Positions 25,430-38,470 of a stretch of DNA of 64,000 nucleotides are shown here, piece by piece. The position numbers were made by a program, and so were the translations under genes. The first letter of the stretch is position 1. Each line of letters starts with the position of its first letter. The DNA is from Kudoa neothunni (lineage: Eukaryota; Animalia; Cnidaria). The stretch is taken from positions 16,349,269 through 16,413,268 of the forward strand of contig OZ199838.1 in the NCBI GenBank assembly GCA_964304625.1, read 5' to 3'. The notes beneath the pieces are model-generated. The model was given only the letters and a program-made list of their open reading frames with translations. It was not told where the DNA came from and searched no databases.

Positions 25430-26439
25430 CAATGAATGATTTTTACACCCAATAAACCAACAGAATTCAACTCATACAAAAATCTCTACACACTATACAA
25501 CCATATATGTTTCAAAAATAGATGAAACTATTTTGTAGATAGGTTTCCAATTCCCTTTTGTTAGGCATTATTTGTATCGCTTTTATTGATTTCTTCGTAT
25601 GCGTTTTTGTATGTGTCACACCTTAACCACAATTAGTTACTTTTAGATTTTAGCGTGTATATAAGAAATTCATTTTTTAAAGTAAATTCAATATTAAGTA
25701 AACCAGTTTATTTTTTTATACTAAATAAAGAATTATTAATTATCTACATTAGCGTAAGTATCCTAACTTCTATATTCACTCGATTTTAGATATTTTCCGA
25801 GAGTAAATTATTTTTTAGTTAACTCATAGTAATTAAATTAAAAAAATTTAATTTATCATATTTTTATCGATTACGATTAATAAAATTGAACTATATAATT
25901 AGAGGATAACATAGGAAAATCAATATAATCTCATAGTTCGAACACGTACACAAAGGGTATTCAGAATAAAACCAGTTGGAGTTAAAAACGAAAATTTATA
26001 ATCTATCGGATGACAACTTTTCTATATTATTATTATTATTATATTTATTATTCATTTTTTATATTTTATGAAAAATTTAGTAATGCATGTTTTTTCATAA
26101 ATACGGAGAAAAATAGCCATTTATTTGATGTGAGGTAACGGCTTAAACTAATTATTTTGTTTCATTAGACAGACACTAATGGTGGGGTAAAATGTAATCC
26201 TAAACAGCATGTGCGTAGGTGCAATGAAAAAGTTTTAATCTCAGCGGCTGTTACTTACAATCCGTTTACAAATTTAAATTTTTTAGAATCTGCTATATTT
26301 AATTATTTTTGACCCACCGCTACGCTCTTAGGTGCCAGAAATAATTAAATATAGTCAAAACTAATGTCACATGAATATTATTTTGTTCGGGAGAAAATTA
26401 TTTGGAGTTTGAATACATTTCTTGAACGGATTATGGTAG

Positions 26440-26459
26440 AAATTCGAGGTTGCACTGTA
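26440..26459. mobile_element. Solo pogo-type TIR (same family as 41674-42006)
   Basis: CGAGGTTGCACTG|TA is identical to the end at 41994-42008. Confidence 0.5.
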
Positions 26460-27807
26460 TTTATTGTTCAAATTAATATTCGGTTAAAATGCAGATCAGT
26501 GCTATATTTATGCAATAATTTCGGCCAAAAATTAATTAATTTCATTCAATACATTATTTCTGATATTATGGTTGTGCATTTGCTACAATTTAACACCTAA
26601 TGTTTGCATAAAATACGAATTCTCTTTTCTTATAGACATAGATTTAATAATATGGCAATCCAACAAAATTAAATTAGAGTTGTCCAACTTAAATTCTACA
26701 GCACATAAGGTATGCTCTACTTGAGCCAACTTAATTGATGGTATATCCTGTCCAAATAATGAATAATCACGAGGGACTAGGAGTTCTCTGCATTATTAAT
26801 AGATTACTGCAAATAATATTGTGATGATAAGTAGCGGTTGCTAAAGTACCCTACTGATTGATGGCGCAACATTGATCAATAAACATTATTAAAATATTCA
26901 ACGAGTTCGGTTTTGTGTGTTGTCTCTAATTTGAATTACGGTCATTATTCTGCATTTAAAGCATCAAAAATTAAGGAAATTTGAATTTTTTATATTTAAA
27001 GCTATATATAGAACTATCAAGTAAAATAAATTAAGTTCTTATATAACTAAATTGTTTTCACATGCACCTACGTTATATACATAAAGTAGTCTATATATTG
27101 TAAAAATTTTTAAAACAATTTGTTTAAAATTGCATAAATATCTGTTGATAAATTTAACTCATGAGTTCACGTATAAGTTTTTATGAATCTTAAGTAATAA
27201 TATATATTAAAAACTCATGTGTATATCAAAATAGTAATTGAGTATTATTAAAATTAGGTTATATTGTAATGCATAAAAATTACATTTATGTTAAGACGCA
27301 CGCATGTATACTTGTACTTGATTTCTATTTTGTGTTTTATTTCTTTATCAGCGCATGTAAAGAATTAAAAGATAGCAATATAAACGCTAAATATCTATTT
27401 TTGGTTTATATATTTATAATATGGTAAACGGAGTTCAATCTAACATTAATAAACGCTATTAAAATAGTAAACTAAAGGAATATTTTTATTATCGTTAAAA
27501 TTTTATTTCAATTCAACTCAAACAAAAAATATGAAGAGTTGTAATTAATTATTAACACATTATAATATTATAATTCCAGAAAATAGTATTAATTTATGTG
27601 TGTAAGTATATAAATTAAAATAGTGGAATAATTCTAAATGAGATATGTTGGACGAAGAACTGTGGGTTTTATTCCGATTAAATTATAAATACAAATCAGG
27701 CACAACATATTTGAAAAAAATATTAAATTTTAATGTAAATTCTGTATTATCACATTATTCCCTAACAAAAGAGACATACTTAAATTTATTAAATGGAATT
27801 AGTTAGG

Positions 27808-28721
27808 CTAAAAACCTCTCAAAACTATTTTCCGTAAAAAGTAATCCCTCTGATAAACTAAACTATTCAACAACACACTAAACTACCCCAGTACATACCT
27901 GTTCCTTAGATAGTTGTATTGAGCACAATACACCTCACTTTCCAGCATTAGTGTATTGTCGTAGAGAGTCTTATCAACAATTCCAGTGTAACAGTCCGTC
28001 AATAATTCGAGGGCTTTTTTCCCATTGTACATCCGCAAGGAACTCTACACAGTCGTTTATAGTATTGCATTTATGAAACCATTTCAACTAGCTAACCAGC
28101 TAACTAACTAACTTACATTAGGATCTGGAGTGAGATTGCGAATCTGTTTTATAATTGGTTCAAGCGTTGTAATAGAACCTTCAACACAATCTAATATTGT
28201 GTCGAAACATTTCTCAACTTCCAATTGTGGCATTTGAGTTAAATCCTAACATTCAATCAAAAAAATAGCAACAAATTCCTGAATTAACGTTAGGTTGATC
28301 TTCCGGGACTGATGATGATTGCAACTCTTCTTCGGTCGGTAATGCATTTTGTAAATCGATTTCCAGTTGAAAACCATTATTTGAGTTCTTAAAATTATTG
28401 TCAATTATAGCTGAAACCAAAAAAAGCAATTACATGTTCGTCTAAAAGTGAAGTTTCTTTCAATTTATCAACCATCAAATTCGTAAGATGAGATTTTAAC
28501 TCGGGAGTTGACATATTTTCGGATTCCAAATTCCCAAATATATCCCACAACTCTGGAGGAAATTCTTCGGGCACATTCCATTGGGATGTTCCTGTCACTT
28601 GGTCGTAATAGTACAATCTCCCTCGCGAACTTTTGTACACCGACCAATTTCTGAACTAAAACCCATTCAATACGAGAATTGTTAGTTGGTATTGTACAGA
28701 AATCAATTTTTCACTTCCCAT
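27808..28721 (-). CDS. WAC: WW-domain protein, probable miniaturised WAC (WW domain adaptor with coiled-coil)
   Basis: About 6 exons. WW domain NWSVYKSSRGRLYYYDQVTGTSQWNVPEEF resembles the WAC WW. C-terminus LESEVYCAQYNYLRNSLVYQRDYFLRKIV resembles the WAC terminal coiled-coil (..EQRILFLRQQI). Confidence 0.6.
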
Positions 28722-28736
28722 TGAAATTTGATTGAC

Positions 28737-28746
28737 TGCGTACGCA
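28737..28746. promoter_or_regulatory. Palindromic TGCGTACGCA (NRF1-like) 15 nt upstream of the WAC-like ATG
   Basis: The identical 10-mer recurs at 45311-45320 upstream of TIM9. Confidence 0.55.
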
Positions 28747-29655
28747 TTAATCCTTATATAAAATCACCAAATCATCAAATTATTTTTCAGATTTTATCAA
28801 AATGGCGTCCATATATTTTTATGAATTGATTTTACTTTAAAATTAAACGATATGGGTGAGCTATAAATATACCCACAAAAATAGATTATGGATATTTTTA
28901 CTAAAATACTTCTTTGGGTCAAAAAATATAAAAAAATAACTCAATTCGATACTTGCAACTCTTGTGGGACGACGGGGGTGCATTATGCATCGCAATTTTT
29001 GGATTTATAAAAATCCCAAAAATTGGGAATTAAACCTCCGCCTTATATTCAGTGAAATCTCTCAATATAATTCATTTTTGTATTTAAAAAATTTGAGATA
29101 TTCAGTTTGAAAGAAATTGATTTAATATAATTCGTTAAACCGAAGCAGATTATCTTCAACTTAAAATATCACTAATAGCAATACGAAATGATTATTATAA
29201 TAGGTAAATTAATGTTCACATTAAGAATATTCAATAAAATTAAAATAAAATGTCTAGTAACTTTAAGAAATCATATTTTTAATTTCCGCCGACAAAGTCC
29301 GATGGATTATGAGATTAATTTAAGATACATACGATTAGGAGCGTTGTTATTTGGGTTTTGCGGGAGCGTATATTTTTGTACGAAGATTTTTCAGTCTTTA
29401 ATTTTTTCATTTTGACATAAGAAAATGACATTCAAAAATAATTCGTATAATATTATTGTGAATTTAAATAAAAATAGATGATATATGGCGAGTAATCTAG
29501 AATTTGAGGATGACTAATGTGACAAATGTTCTAATTATAGCTTTTCGAAAATTTTTTATGAGTCAAAAGTCGAATGTGATGAGATGCTATTAGAGAAGAT
29601 ATCAACTGCTACTAAATCGGGTTTCCAGTGAGTTTGTGTTTGAAAATCAATAAGA

Positions 29656-29660
<5 letters not shown>

Positions 29661-29691
<31 letters not shown>
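29661..29691. repeat. (TA)n microsatellite
   Basis: About 15 perfect TA units. Confidence 0.95.
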
Positions 29692-29693
<2 letters not shown>

Positions 29694-30292
29694 GAAAATT
29701 TTCGGCATCATGCTAATAGCTAATAATAAGACTGGTTCTATGGGGATTTCAAATATAATTATTTAAACATTATACTCACTAATTAACTAACTAAATTAAT
29801 TAACTTAAACTTTATATTAGTATTTAAAAATATGATAAATTTCTTGCTACTTTTATTCAAGACCGAAATAACTTATGGGAAATTTTTATGCTGATATAAT
29901 AAGTGATCTCCACTGACGTTGGATTATCACCAATAGTTTTCTAATAATGTCATTATTAATTTAAATGCATTCATTATAACAAAATCACAGGGACATTTTG
30001 TCACCTACAAATCAGATATAGATCCAAATGTGTGTGTTATAGTTGATTGTACACAGAAAACGCAATATCTCATACGAAACCCCCAAAAATTACGCGCACA
30101 ACCGAATTTTTACAAAAAAAAATCAACGCCTTAGATTCAGAGATTTAGACGCCGCTATTGTTGTTACATCAATGCAAAACAAAAAACTGTTTCTATCACA
30201 TAAATTGATTCGAAACATGAAGTAATACTTAACGCCAAACAAACACACTTAATGAAATGAACAATAAATCTATCACTTCGCTAAAATGCCGT

Positions 30293-31025
30293 TTATTTAT
30301 CAAGGATAATTCCATCATACTAAATAGTTCATCGAGGTTAGAGACAGTCACAACACCTACAAAAATCACCTTCTTTTGGAACCACTCGATAGCCTCTTTT
30401 TTCGAGACCATGTGAGATGAACCAACTCTGTTATTCTTTCTCTTGCGTCTCGCAACACGATGACCAGGTCTGGTCAACACAACACAGAAATCCATGCCAT
30501 AGATACCAATGGATGGGTCATATTTGATACCCAAATCGATATGTTCTTGGATACCAAAGCCAAAGTTGCCTTTTGCGGAAAACGCACCTTTTTTCAACTC
30601 GTATTCTTTCACCTATTAGTCAATAGAAGCAAATACTCAAAATGAAACAATGCAACATTGTTATATATATAATTATTAATCGATTGTAATAATAGAAGGC
30701 TCAATAAAAAATCCTATACAACAAACAACAATCGCCCACCCACCTTAAGACCTTTGTCTAAAAGCTCCTCGGCTTTTTGACCTCTCACAGTGCAATGAAC
30801 AGCGATTTTCTCGTTTCTACGAATACCGAAAGAACGAATAGTGAGTCTAGATTTGGATGTGACGGGAGACTGACCGGTGAGAGCTTCCAAAACTTTTGCA
30901 GCTCTGGTTAATCGATCACCACTTTCACCAACACAGATATTAAGACATAATTTGTCAATTTTAACCTCCCTCATTGGGTTGGTTTTTGTTGCACTAACTT
31001 CTGTGGTCTTCTTGACTGACACCAT
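30293..31025 (-). CDS. RPL11: 60S ribosomal protein L11 (uL5), 3 exons
   Basis: [32 protein letters not shown]...[17 protein letters not shown] | VKEYEL...[28 protein letters not shown]...WFQKK | YDGIILDK*. Confidence 0.98.
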
Positions 31026-31220
31026 GACTGGAATTTTAGCGTGGACAGTCGTCGTGAATGTTCGGATTATCCATTCATTAAACTGCTTTAAAATTTGTGT
31101 TTTCTTACTAACTATCTTTTTCACTTTTAATGCAATGTGTTTTAATATTAGTCTTGGTCGTGATAATAAAAATGTTTGGTGTAACGAACAATGGCGAGTT
31201 TTTACGAACAGCGTATAAAA

Positions 31221-32243
31221 ATGAACATGTCAGAGGGCGATGTCCAAAAACAAGTACTACATCAATCGTTTTATCGGTTGTGAGTGCTTATTAGATTGAA
31301 CACATGATTGCGTTTATTCAACAAGAGGCTAAGGAACGTGTTCAAGAGATTGAAGCAAAAGTAGCCATAACTTTAGTGATATGGCGTGTTTTTGAATCTG
31401 GGAACTGGTTAGGCTGAGGAAGAATTTAACATTGAGAAAGGACGTTTGGTCCAACAAGAACGTATGCGTTTGATGAACGTGTATGAGAAAAAAGTGAAAC
31501 AGATTACAATGCTTCAAAAAATGTACTCACACTCGTCTTCTAAACCACCAAATATTAAACTATTTGTTCATCTATTTGTAGACATGAGTCGCGTTGTTTG
31601 AACCAATGCCGTCTCTCCAAACTCAAATGTCAACAAGATATTATATCTGTATTTGTTTTTGAAGCAGTTAACCATTTGAACAATAAAAAATGTAGAATCT
31701 GCTGAACATAATTCGGGAAAAGTTGGCACTTGTGTCTAAAGATAAGGATAAATACAAAGAGATTCTTAAAAAACTTATTCTTCAAGTAAAAATCTACGGT
31801 TCAATTCGTAGATGATATTGAGATTGAATTGGTAGGCCTCGTTTCAACTCATGGAATCTGAAGTGGAGTTGTTTTGTCTTCAAGAAGATTTGGATGTGGT
31901 GAAATCGTTGGTTCCTGATGTTTGCGCAGAGTTCGTTAAATTGGGAGGTGGAAATATTAAATTTAAAGTCAATGAAACAAATTTTCTACCCTCGCATGTG
32001 TAATAATCTACTTTTTTTTGTTGAATTGAATTATTCTTAGCTATGGCGGAATTGAACTCATGTCTAAGTTTGGAGAGGTTCGAGTGAATAACACTCTCGC
32101 TGCTCGTCTTGAATTGATTAGCAGTCAGGTAATACTGTTGTTGTTTGGTGGCTATTTCTAATATTGCGTTGTGTATTCAGAAAATCCCCCACATAAGGAA
32201 CATTCTTTTTGGTGAAAACCCCAGGAGAAAATTTGACAATTAG
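31221..32243 (+). CDS. ATP6V1E: V-type proton ATPase subunit E (multi-exon; absent from the ORF track)
   Basis: Spliced [11 protein letters not shown]|[22 protein letters not shown]|[17 protein letters not shown]...[21 protein letters not shown]..|[20 protein letters not shown]. Confidence 0.95.
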
Positions 32244-32333
32244 TTGTTCCGCACTTTTTATTATCTTTATTGTTTTTGAATATATTTAAACAATCATCAA
32301 TCTTTTTTTCTATTTGTCGCGTTCTTTTGAGAA

Positions 32334-33422
32334 AATTATTCTTATTAATTATTCTTATTAATTTTTCTTATTAATTATTCTTATTAATTTTTCTTATTAA
32401 TTATTCTTATCAATTATTCTTATTAATTATTCTTATTAATTTTTCTTATTAATTTTTCTTATTAATTATTCTTATCAATTATTCTTATTAATTATTCTTA
32501 TTAATTTTTCTTATTAATTATTCTTATCAATTATTCTTATCAATTATTCTTACCAATTATTCTTATTAATTTTTCTTATTAATTATTCTTATTAATTTTT
32601 CTTATTAATTTTTCTTATTAATTATTCTTATCAATTATTCTTATTAATTATTCTTATTAATTTTTCTTATTAATTATTCTTATTAATTATTCTTATCAAT
32701 TATTCTTATCAATTATTCTTATCAATTATTCTTATTAATTTTTTCTTATTAATTATTCTTACCAATTATTCTTATTAATTTTTCTTATTAATTATTCTTA
32801 TCAATTATTCTTATCAATTATTCTTACCAATTATTCTTATTAATTATTCTTATTAATTATTCTTATCAATTATTCTTATTAATTTTTCTTATTAATTATT
32901 CTTATTAATTATTCTTACCAATTATTCTTATTAATTATTCTTATCAATTATTCTTATTAATTATTCTTATTAATTATTCTTACCAATTATTCTTATTAAT
33001 TATTCTTATCAATTATTCTTACCAATTATTCTTATTAATTATTCTTACCAATTATTCTTACCAATTATTCTTATTAATTATTCTTACCAATTATTCTTAT
33101 TAATTTTTCTTATTAATTATTCTTATCAATTATTCTTATTAATTATTCTTATTAATTATTCTTATTAATTTTTCTTATTAATTATTCTTATTAATTATTC
33201 TTATTAATTTTTCTTATTAATTATTCTTATTAATTATTCTTATTAATTTTTCTTAATTTTTCTTATTAATTTTTCTTATTAATTATTCTTATCAATTATT
33301 CTTATTAATTATTCTTACCAATTATTCTTATTAATTATTCTTACCAATTATTCTTATTAATTATTCTTACCAATTATTCTTATCAATTATTCTTATTAAT
33401 TATTCTTATCAATTATTCTTAT
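32334..33422. repeat. 13-bp minisatellite, ~84 copies (AATTATTCTTATT; variants ...TATC, ...TACC, AATTTTTCTTATT)
   Basis: Directly visible tandem array starting ~90 nt after the ATP6V1E stop. Confidence 0.97.
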
Positions 33423-36400
33423 GGTAAGTAGTACCCCCTAGAATAACTAAGATATTACAAAAGTGATTTCATTAGTGTGTTAAGTTAGTTTTTTTTTAAT
33501 TTCTGATGAGTATATCCTATATTTATTGAATTCACTTATTTGGAAATATACTAGCGGTAACATGTTTTAAAGGTTGAAAATGACGTTTTCCGTACTACTA
33601 ATATATTCGGGGGTTTCAGGCATGAACCACTTGCGCCTTGCGTCCTAGTCGGCCAAAGAAATCTTGTTTAATATTCTAATACTATAATACTCTTATACGT
33701 CATGAAACGTCGTTTTTAATGCTGAAATGCTGGTGATTTTTTAAAGAAATTTCTGAATTCATTCCTTGGTTTTTATTTAAAATTTGTATATTTTATGTAT
33801 AATAAATTTAGAAGAAATATTTATATTTTCTAATTCTCAAATTTTGAGAGTAGGTGACCATCTTTTATCTAACTATGAGATTTTCGTTCAAAATTTAATG
33901 TATAAAGGTTTCAAATAACTCTATTTCTTAAACAAAGCTTCTTTTTGAAATAGAATTCGAAAAGGTTTGCTCTGTATCCACCACAGTAATGAGTAATGAA
34001 AAAAATTTTATATCCGTTAATATTCAACGCTTAGAGTTGATAGATAAGTGATAAGTGGTGAAATTTAAAAAACCGAATTCGTTTTGAATATTAGCGTTAT
34101 TTTCAATAGAGTGTAACGGAAATTTATGAGATTCCGCCTAGAAGAAATCACAAATCAATAAGTCGTCATAAATAAGCATGGTAAGGAAAGAAAATCTCAA
34201 TTTAATTATTTTTAAATTTACTCATCTACAAAATTTTTATGAATTGTGAGGCTAATGAAAACAACACTTAGAGAATTTTGCGAATAGTAGTTTCTTTTGA
34301 GTTGAGATTGCTACTCAAATATTTTAAATTTAAAAATTTATTATTGATAATAATTTTTAATCCAGTTAATAGAGTTTTTAAAAAAAATTTTAAAGTATAT
34401 TATTATGTGTAAGCAATATAAATTTGAATTACGCTCAGCATCTTAAAGCCCCAAATACAACCCCGCCAAAACAATTCTCGAGGGTCCAATATTAAAAATT
34501 CTAAAATCATGCCCTTTTGGATATTTAATAAAGCTGAGATATCTAACCATCATACTTTGGTTTAAATTTTCCATCAAAATTCAAAGTATTAGGCCGAAGG
34601 TTATAAAACAAACATTAATGAGCTTCCAAAAAACAAACGAAATTATGTACAACTAATTAAAAATATATTAATTATTATTATTAATTATTATTGGTGCAAA
34701 GATTAGTTTATAAATCGCCTCGTAAAATATTAAATACATATTTCAATACATTTCATTAAATAAATAATTTTAAGTAAAATTCATATCGTTTACTTTTGTT
34801 TATTCTACTACCCAAAACATTGCATTTGCTATGTAAGTGCAGACGAATTCGTGCGAAACTCAAATTCAACTAAAAAGTAGAGTATGAATAAAGCATTTTC
34901 TTGACAATTTTTAAAAGATCCACTAACTATCATTTGGACAAATAAGTGTATATATAACCAAATTTAATGAACCAACTATGATGATATAACGTTCAATCTC
35001 ACCAGCGAATTCTATTAAAAGATATCTTTATAAAATTTTATTTTCGAGGAAATAAAAAATAGTTCCACACATTAGTGGAATCAGCGTTATAAAATCTTAG
35101 TTATTCTATGAGATATTCATTACCGTAAGAATAACCACTGTCTTGACTTATTAGTGCTACTATTTTAGTATTTTATTTTGGTTGATAATTAAGTTACTTA
35201 TTTAAATCAATTAAAACGAAAAATTATTAAGCTAACATTATTTGTAAACTATTTGGACTTTTCGAAACAATCCGAGGTATATGGCATTAAAAGGAAGACA
35301 CGTGCGATTAACTCAATACAGTCAAAATCGCCTATACACAACGTACACAACGTCGTTTTTGGGGTCAAATGGATCTCACTTTTTCATTGTTTATTTAAGT
35401 TTATAAAATCATTTCGGTTCCAATTTTATAATAAAAAATAATTCTATTGACGGAATAAGGAAAAAATCTAAGAATACTGCAAAGTCGATATTTTACGACT
35501 GTATCCGATATCACAAATTATGTTGTATCTACGTATATATTGAAAAACAATTAGTTTTCATACTCGTAACAATATGTATTTAAGTTAATTAACTATAATA
35601 AAATATTTGAGGAAGAAAGCTATTTATATTGCTTTACAAGTAACTCATACATTATACATTACACATTACACATTACACATTACGTAAAGGAGTGGTTAAT
35701 TAATTATAATTGACTAATTTTATTAACTTTTAGTTTATATATCGCATACAATAATTTTTTATTCTTTATGGATTAATAAAGAACGACAGGCATTATTTAC
35801 TCTCTTTGTAGCCGAAAAATATATACCCTCAAAATAAAAATGGAGTAGAAATGTACTCCGCGTTTATATTTCACTAAATTATCTAAATAAAAGTTAGTAT
35901 CGACAGAAAAAAATGTGAGGAAAATTATTCGTTTGAATTGCGCAAAATTACATGTTCATATATTACTTTGAAGTATGATTGTATTTCTAGGTTTATTTTT
36001 TTATTTAATAAAATAATTTAACTACTTTATGTTAATTTATCTTCTTATAAACAACACGATATAATATTACCAAGTGATAACAAATAGTGATTATTTCATA
36101 CAACAGTTTTCACATGTGTTTTTGAATACCCTCCACAATACGAAACTATGAAAAATGAATAACATTCATTCATTCACTTATAAATTGAACAATCTGTGTA
36201 AAAGTCATCATAGTCTGAGGAGTTATGGCTGTATTCAGGTAAAGATATGCTTATATCGACATCGCGCTTGCGAAATGTATGCATCATATTTAGTTATTTA
36301 TTCAATATTTACTCGATAGAACTCTCCAAAAATTTAAAAACTTGTATAAAATAATTTTTACTTTTATTTCACAGAAGAAAATCGTAGGGTCCATGGGATC

Positions 36401-36559
36401 CTACGATTACGACGTGGTGTAAGTAATTGTTGTTTTAGGTTGGAAAAAAATTTCACATGATTTTTGAACAAAGATTATGAGACTGTATCGCATTTATGAG
36501 GAATAATATTGGTTGTTAACCTATTTTTAATCACAGATGAACTGTAGATTGTTCCAACA

Positions 36560-36604
36560 TTTGTGTTGGGGTTCAATCGACCCCACACACGCTTGGAGGG
36601 TTAA
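36560..36604. mobile_element. piggyBac-like MITE right end
   Basis: GGGGTTCAATCGACCCC subterminal palindrome followed by GGAGGG|TTAA; matching left end not securely found. Confidence 0.4.
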
Positions 36605-37709
36605 AAACTTAAAAGTTTGTATTTGAAAATCATTTTATAACAAATAATAGAATTCGGATGTTGCGCACTAAAATTCAATCATCGTGTGGAGTTTTTCGAC
36701 GAATATTGAGGGATAATTTTAGACGCTATTAAATATAACATTACTTTAAAAATAAAACGTGTTATTGGGAGATTTTTTAATTTAAGGAATATACAAAATT
36801 AACGTTTCTAACATGCTTAACTATTTTTTTATTTAAAAAATGAATAAATATTAATTTATTAGACAATAGAAACTAAATTATTGTTCTATGAAGCGAATCA
36901 GCTATCTTTGTATAGTTCTAAATTTGTTTCACATTAATACATTGATAAATTAAAATTTCATTACATATCGTTTTTTAATATAAGATTTGTTTATCATATT
37001 CTAATTTTTAAAATGTAATCCAATAATTATTTTTATATTTAATATGAACAATTCATATGGATAATGCTAGTAATGTGCATGTCACTGAAATATTATCAAT
37101 GGAAAACTATTAATTTAATTTCTACTTACACATTTATTTCTTTTAAAAATATATCATTAAATAATTAATATCATTGATCAAATTTATGATGAACAAAATA
37201 TACGTGATCCGGTAGATTCTACAAAGGATCTCCTCAACAGATTTCGATTTAATAAATTAAATAAAATCGATATTTATTTATTTATTGGCAATCAGCTAAG
37301 AAGTATTATCACCAAAATTTTCCAAAAGGTTATAAAAATATATTATGGTGTAGGTGGATAAAATCATCGCCAATGAACTCTCCTTGAAATGTTAATTAGA
37401 ATGGTTAAATTAACCAATGATAGATATGTATAACATTTTGTTTCAAATTATTCATAGACCATATAAATTTCGAAATATTTCTTAGATTTGGCTTTGCGCG
37501 TGCGCAATATATCATGAATCATAATATTCATGTTTTAATCTTTTAAATATTCGAAATATTGTGAATGATGATTCGTCAATGCTTTTGTCAATTTTTGAAA
37601 TACACGTCATTTGAAAATCAAACAAATTATTACAGGACACGAAAGAATTTCGTTACAATTGTACATGTTAAAGCAATTACGTGCTTCTACGAATTGAAAT
37701 TGTAAGGAG

Positions 37710-37835
37710 TGGTCACGAATGGGGTTCGAACCTGCGAGTATAACTCGAGCATAACTTAAGTATAAGTTAAGTATAATTTATGTATAGCTTATGTATAAAG
37801 GCGGCGGCGGCGGCGCTGTACCACCACTCAGATGC
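37710..37835 (-). pseudogene. tRNA-derived (SINE-head or pseudo-tRNA) sequence with an expanded internal insert
   Basis: Minus strand: CTGAGTGGTGGTACAGCGCC (A-box/D-arm-like) ... GCAGGTTCGAACCCCATTCGTGACCA (B-box/T-arm and 3' end). The middle is replaced by (GCC)n and ~11-bp degenerate repeats; it cannot form a canonical cloverleaf. Confidence 0.45.
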
Positions 37836-38470
37836 TGATTGTGCATACATTAGCTATGGTCACATCCCCTATACACCCAACCGTTACAGAAATATTTATT
37901 TTTTATTAATTCGAAGCCTCAATTTTGAAATATCTTAATGATTTTAAAGTAGTCATTTATATAGGATACAGTAGATTATTCCAACGAGGGCGAATTAACT
38001 TAATAAAATATCTAAAATATAATGTATTGTTAGCGCGAATTTTGATAAATATTATAAAAAGGTGTACTTTTTTATACATTCAATTAATATGATTTTTAAT
38101 TTTAATAATAACTTTATTATAAACACTATATTTTCTACTACAGATGAGCTATATATTTAAATTATGTGAGTACAGAAGATAATATTTAAATCTTACGTGA
38201 TCAAAAAACTTTATTGCCCCGAGTTCCTCGAACTCTAATAGAAAAACGACCCCATATTGCGTGATATTACATTATATGTTAATTAGAAAAAAATTTTTAA
38301 AATATTAATAGCGTCAAGTGGATAAAAAATATAAACTAAAAAGAAAAGCACACCTAAGTCGATTCATTAAATTTTTCAAAGTTACCATTAAGATATAAGA
38401 CATGTTAAAAATCTTTAAATTAAACAGAATACTAGAAAACCAAATTGAATAACAAAGAAAAATGAAAAAA

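Noticed and set aside
28401-28640. PCIF1 assignment for the WW ORF
   Set aside because: No methyltransferase domain follows; the gene ends at 27808 with a WAC-like C-terminus.
30714-31124. N-terminally extended RPL11 from the ORF track
   Set aside because: It starts at a non-ATG codon; the first in-frame ATG at 31025 gives a normal-length protein.
32334-33422. CRISPR-like array
   Set aside because: Contiguous tandem units with no unique spacers, a eukaryotic context and no cas genes.
35344-36421. TIR element bounded by TACACAACGTCGT / ACGACGTGGTGTA
   Set aside because: The inverted match is short and degenerate and no TSD could be confirmed.
37710-37835. Functional tRNA gene
   Set aside because: No acceptor-stem pairing or anticodon arm can be built.
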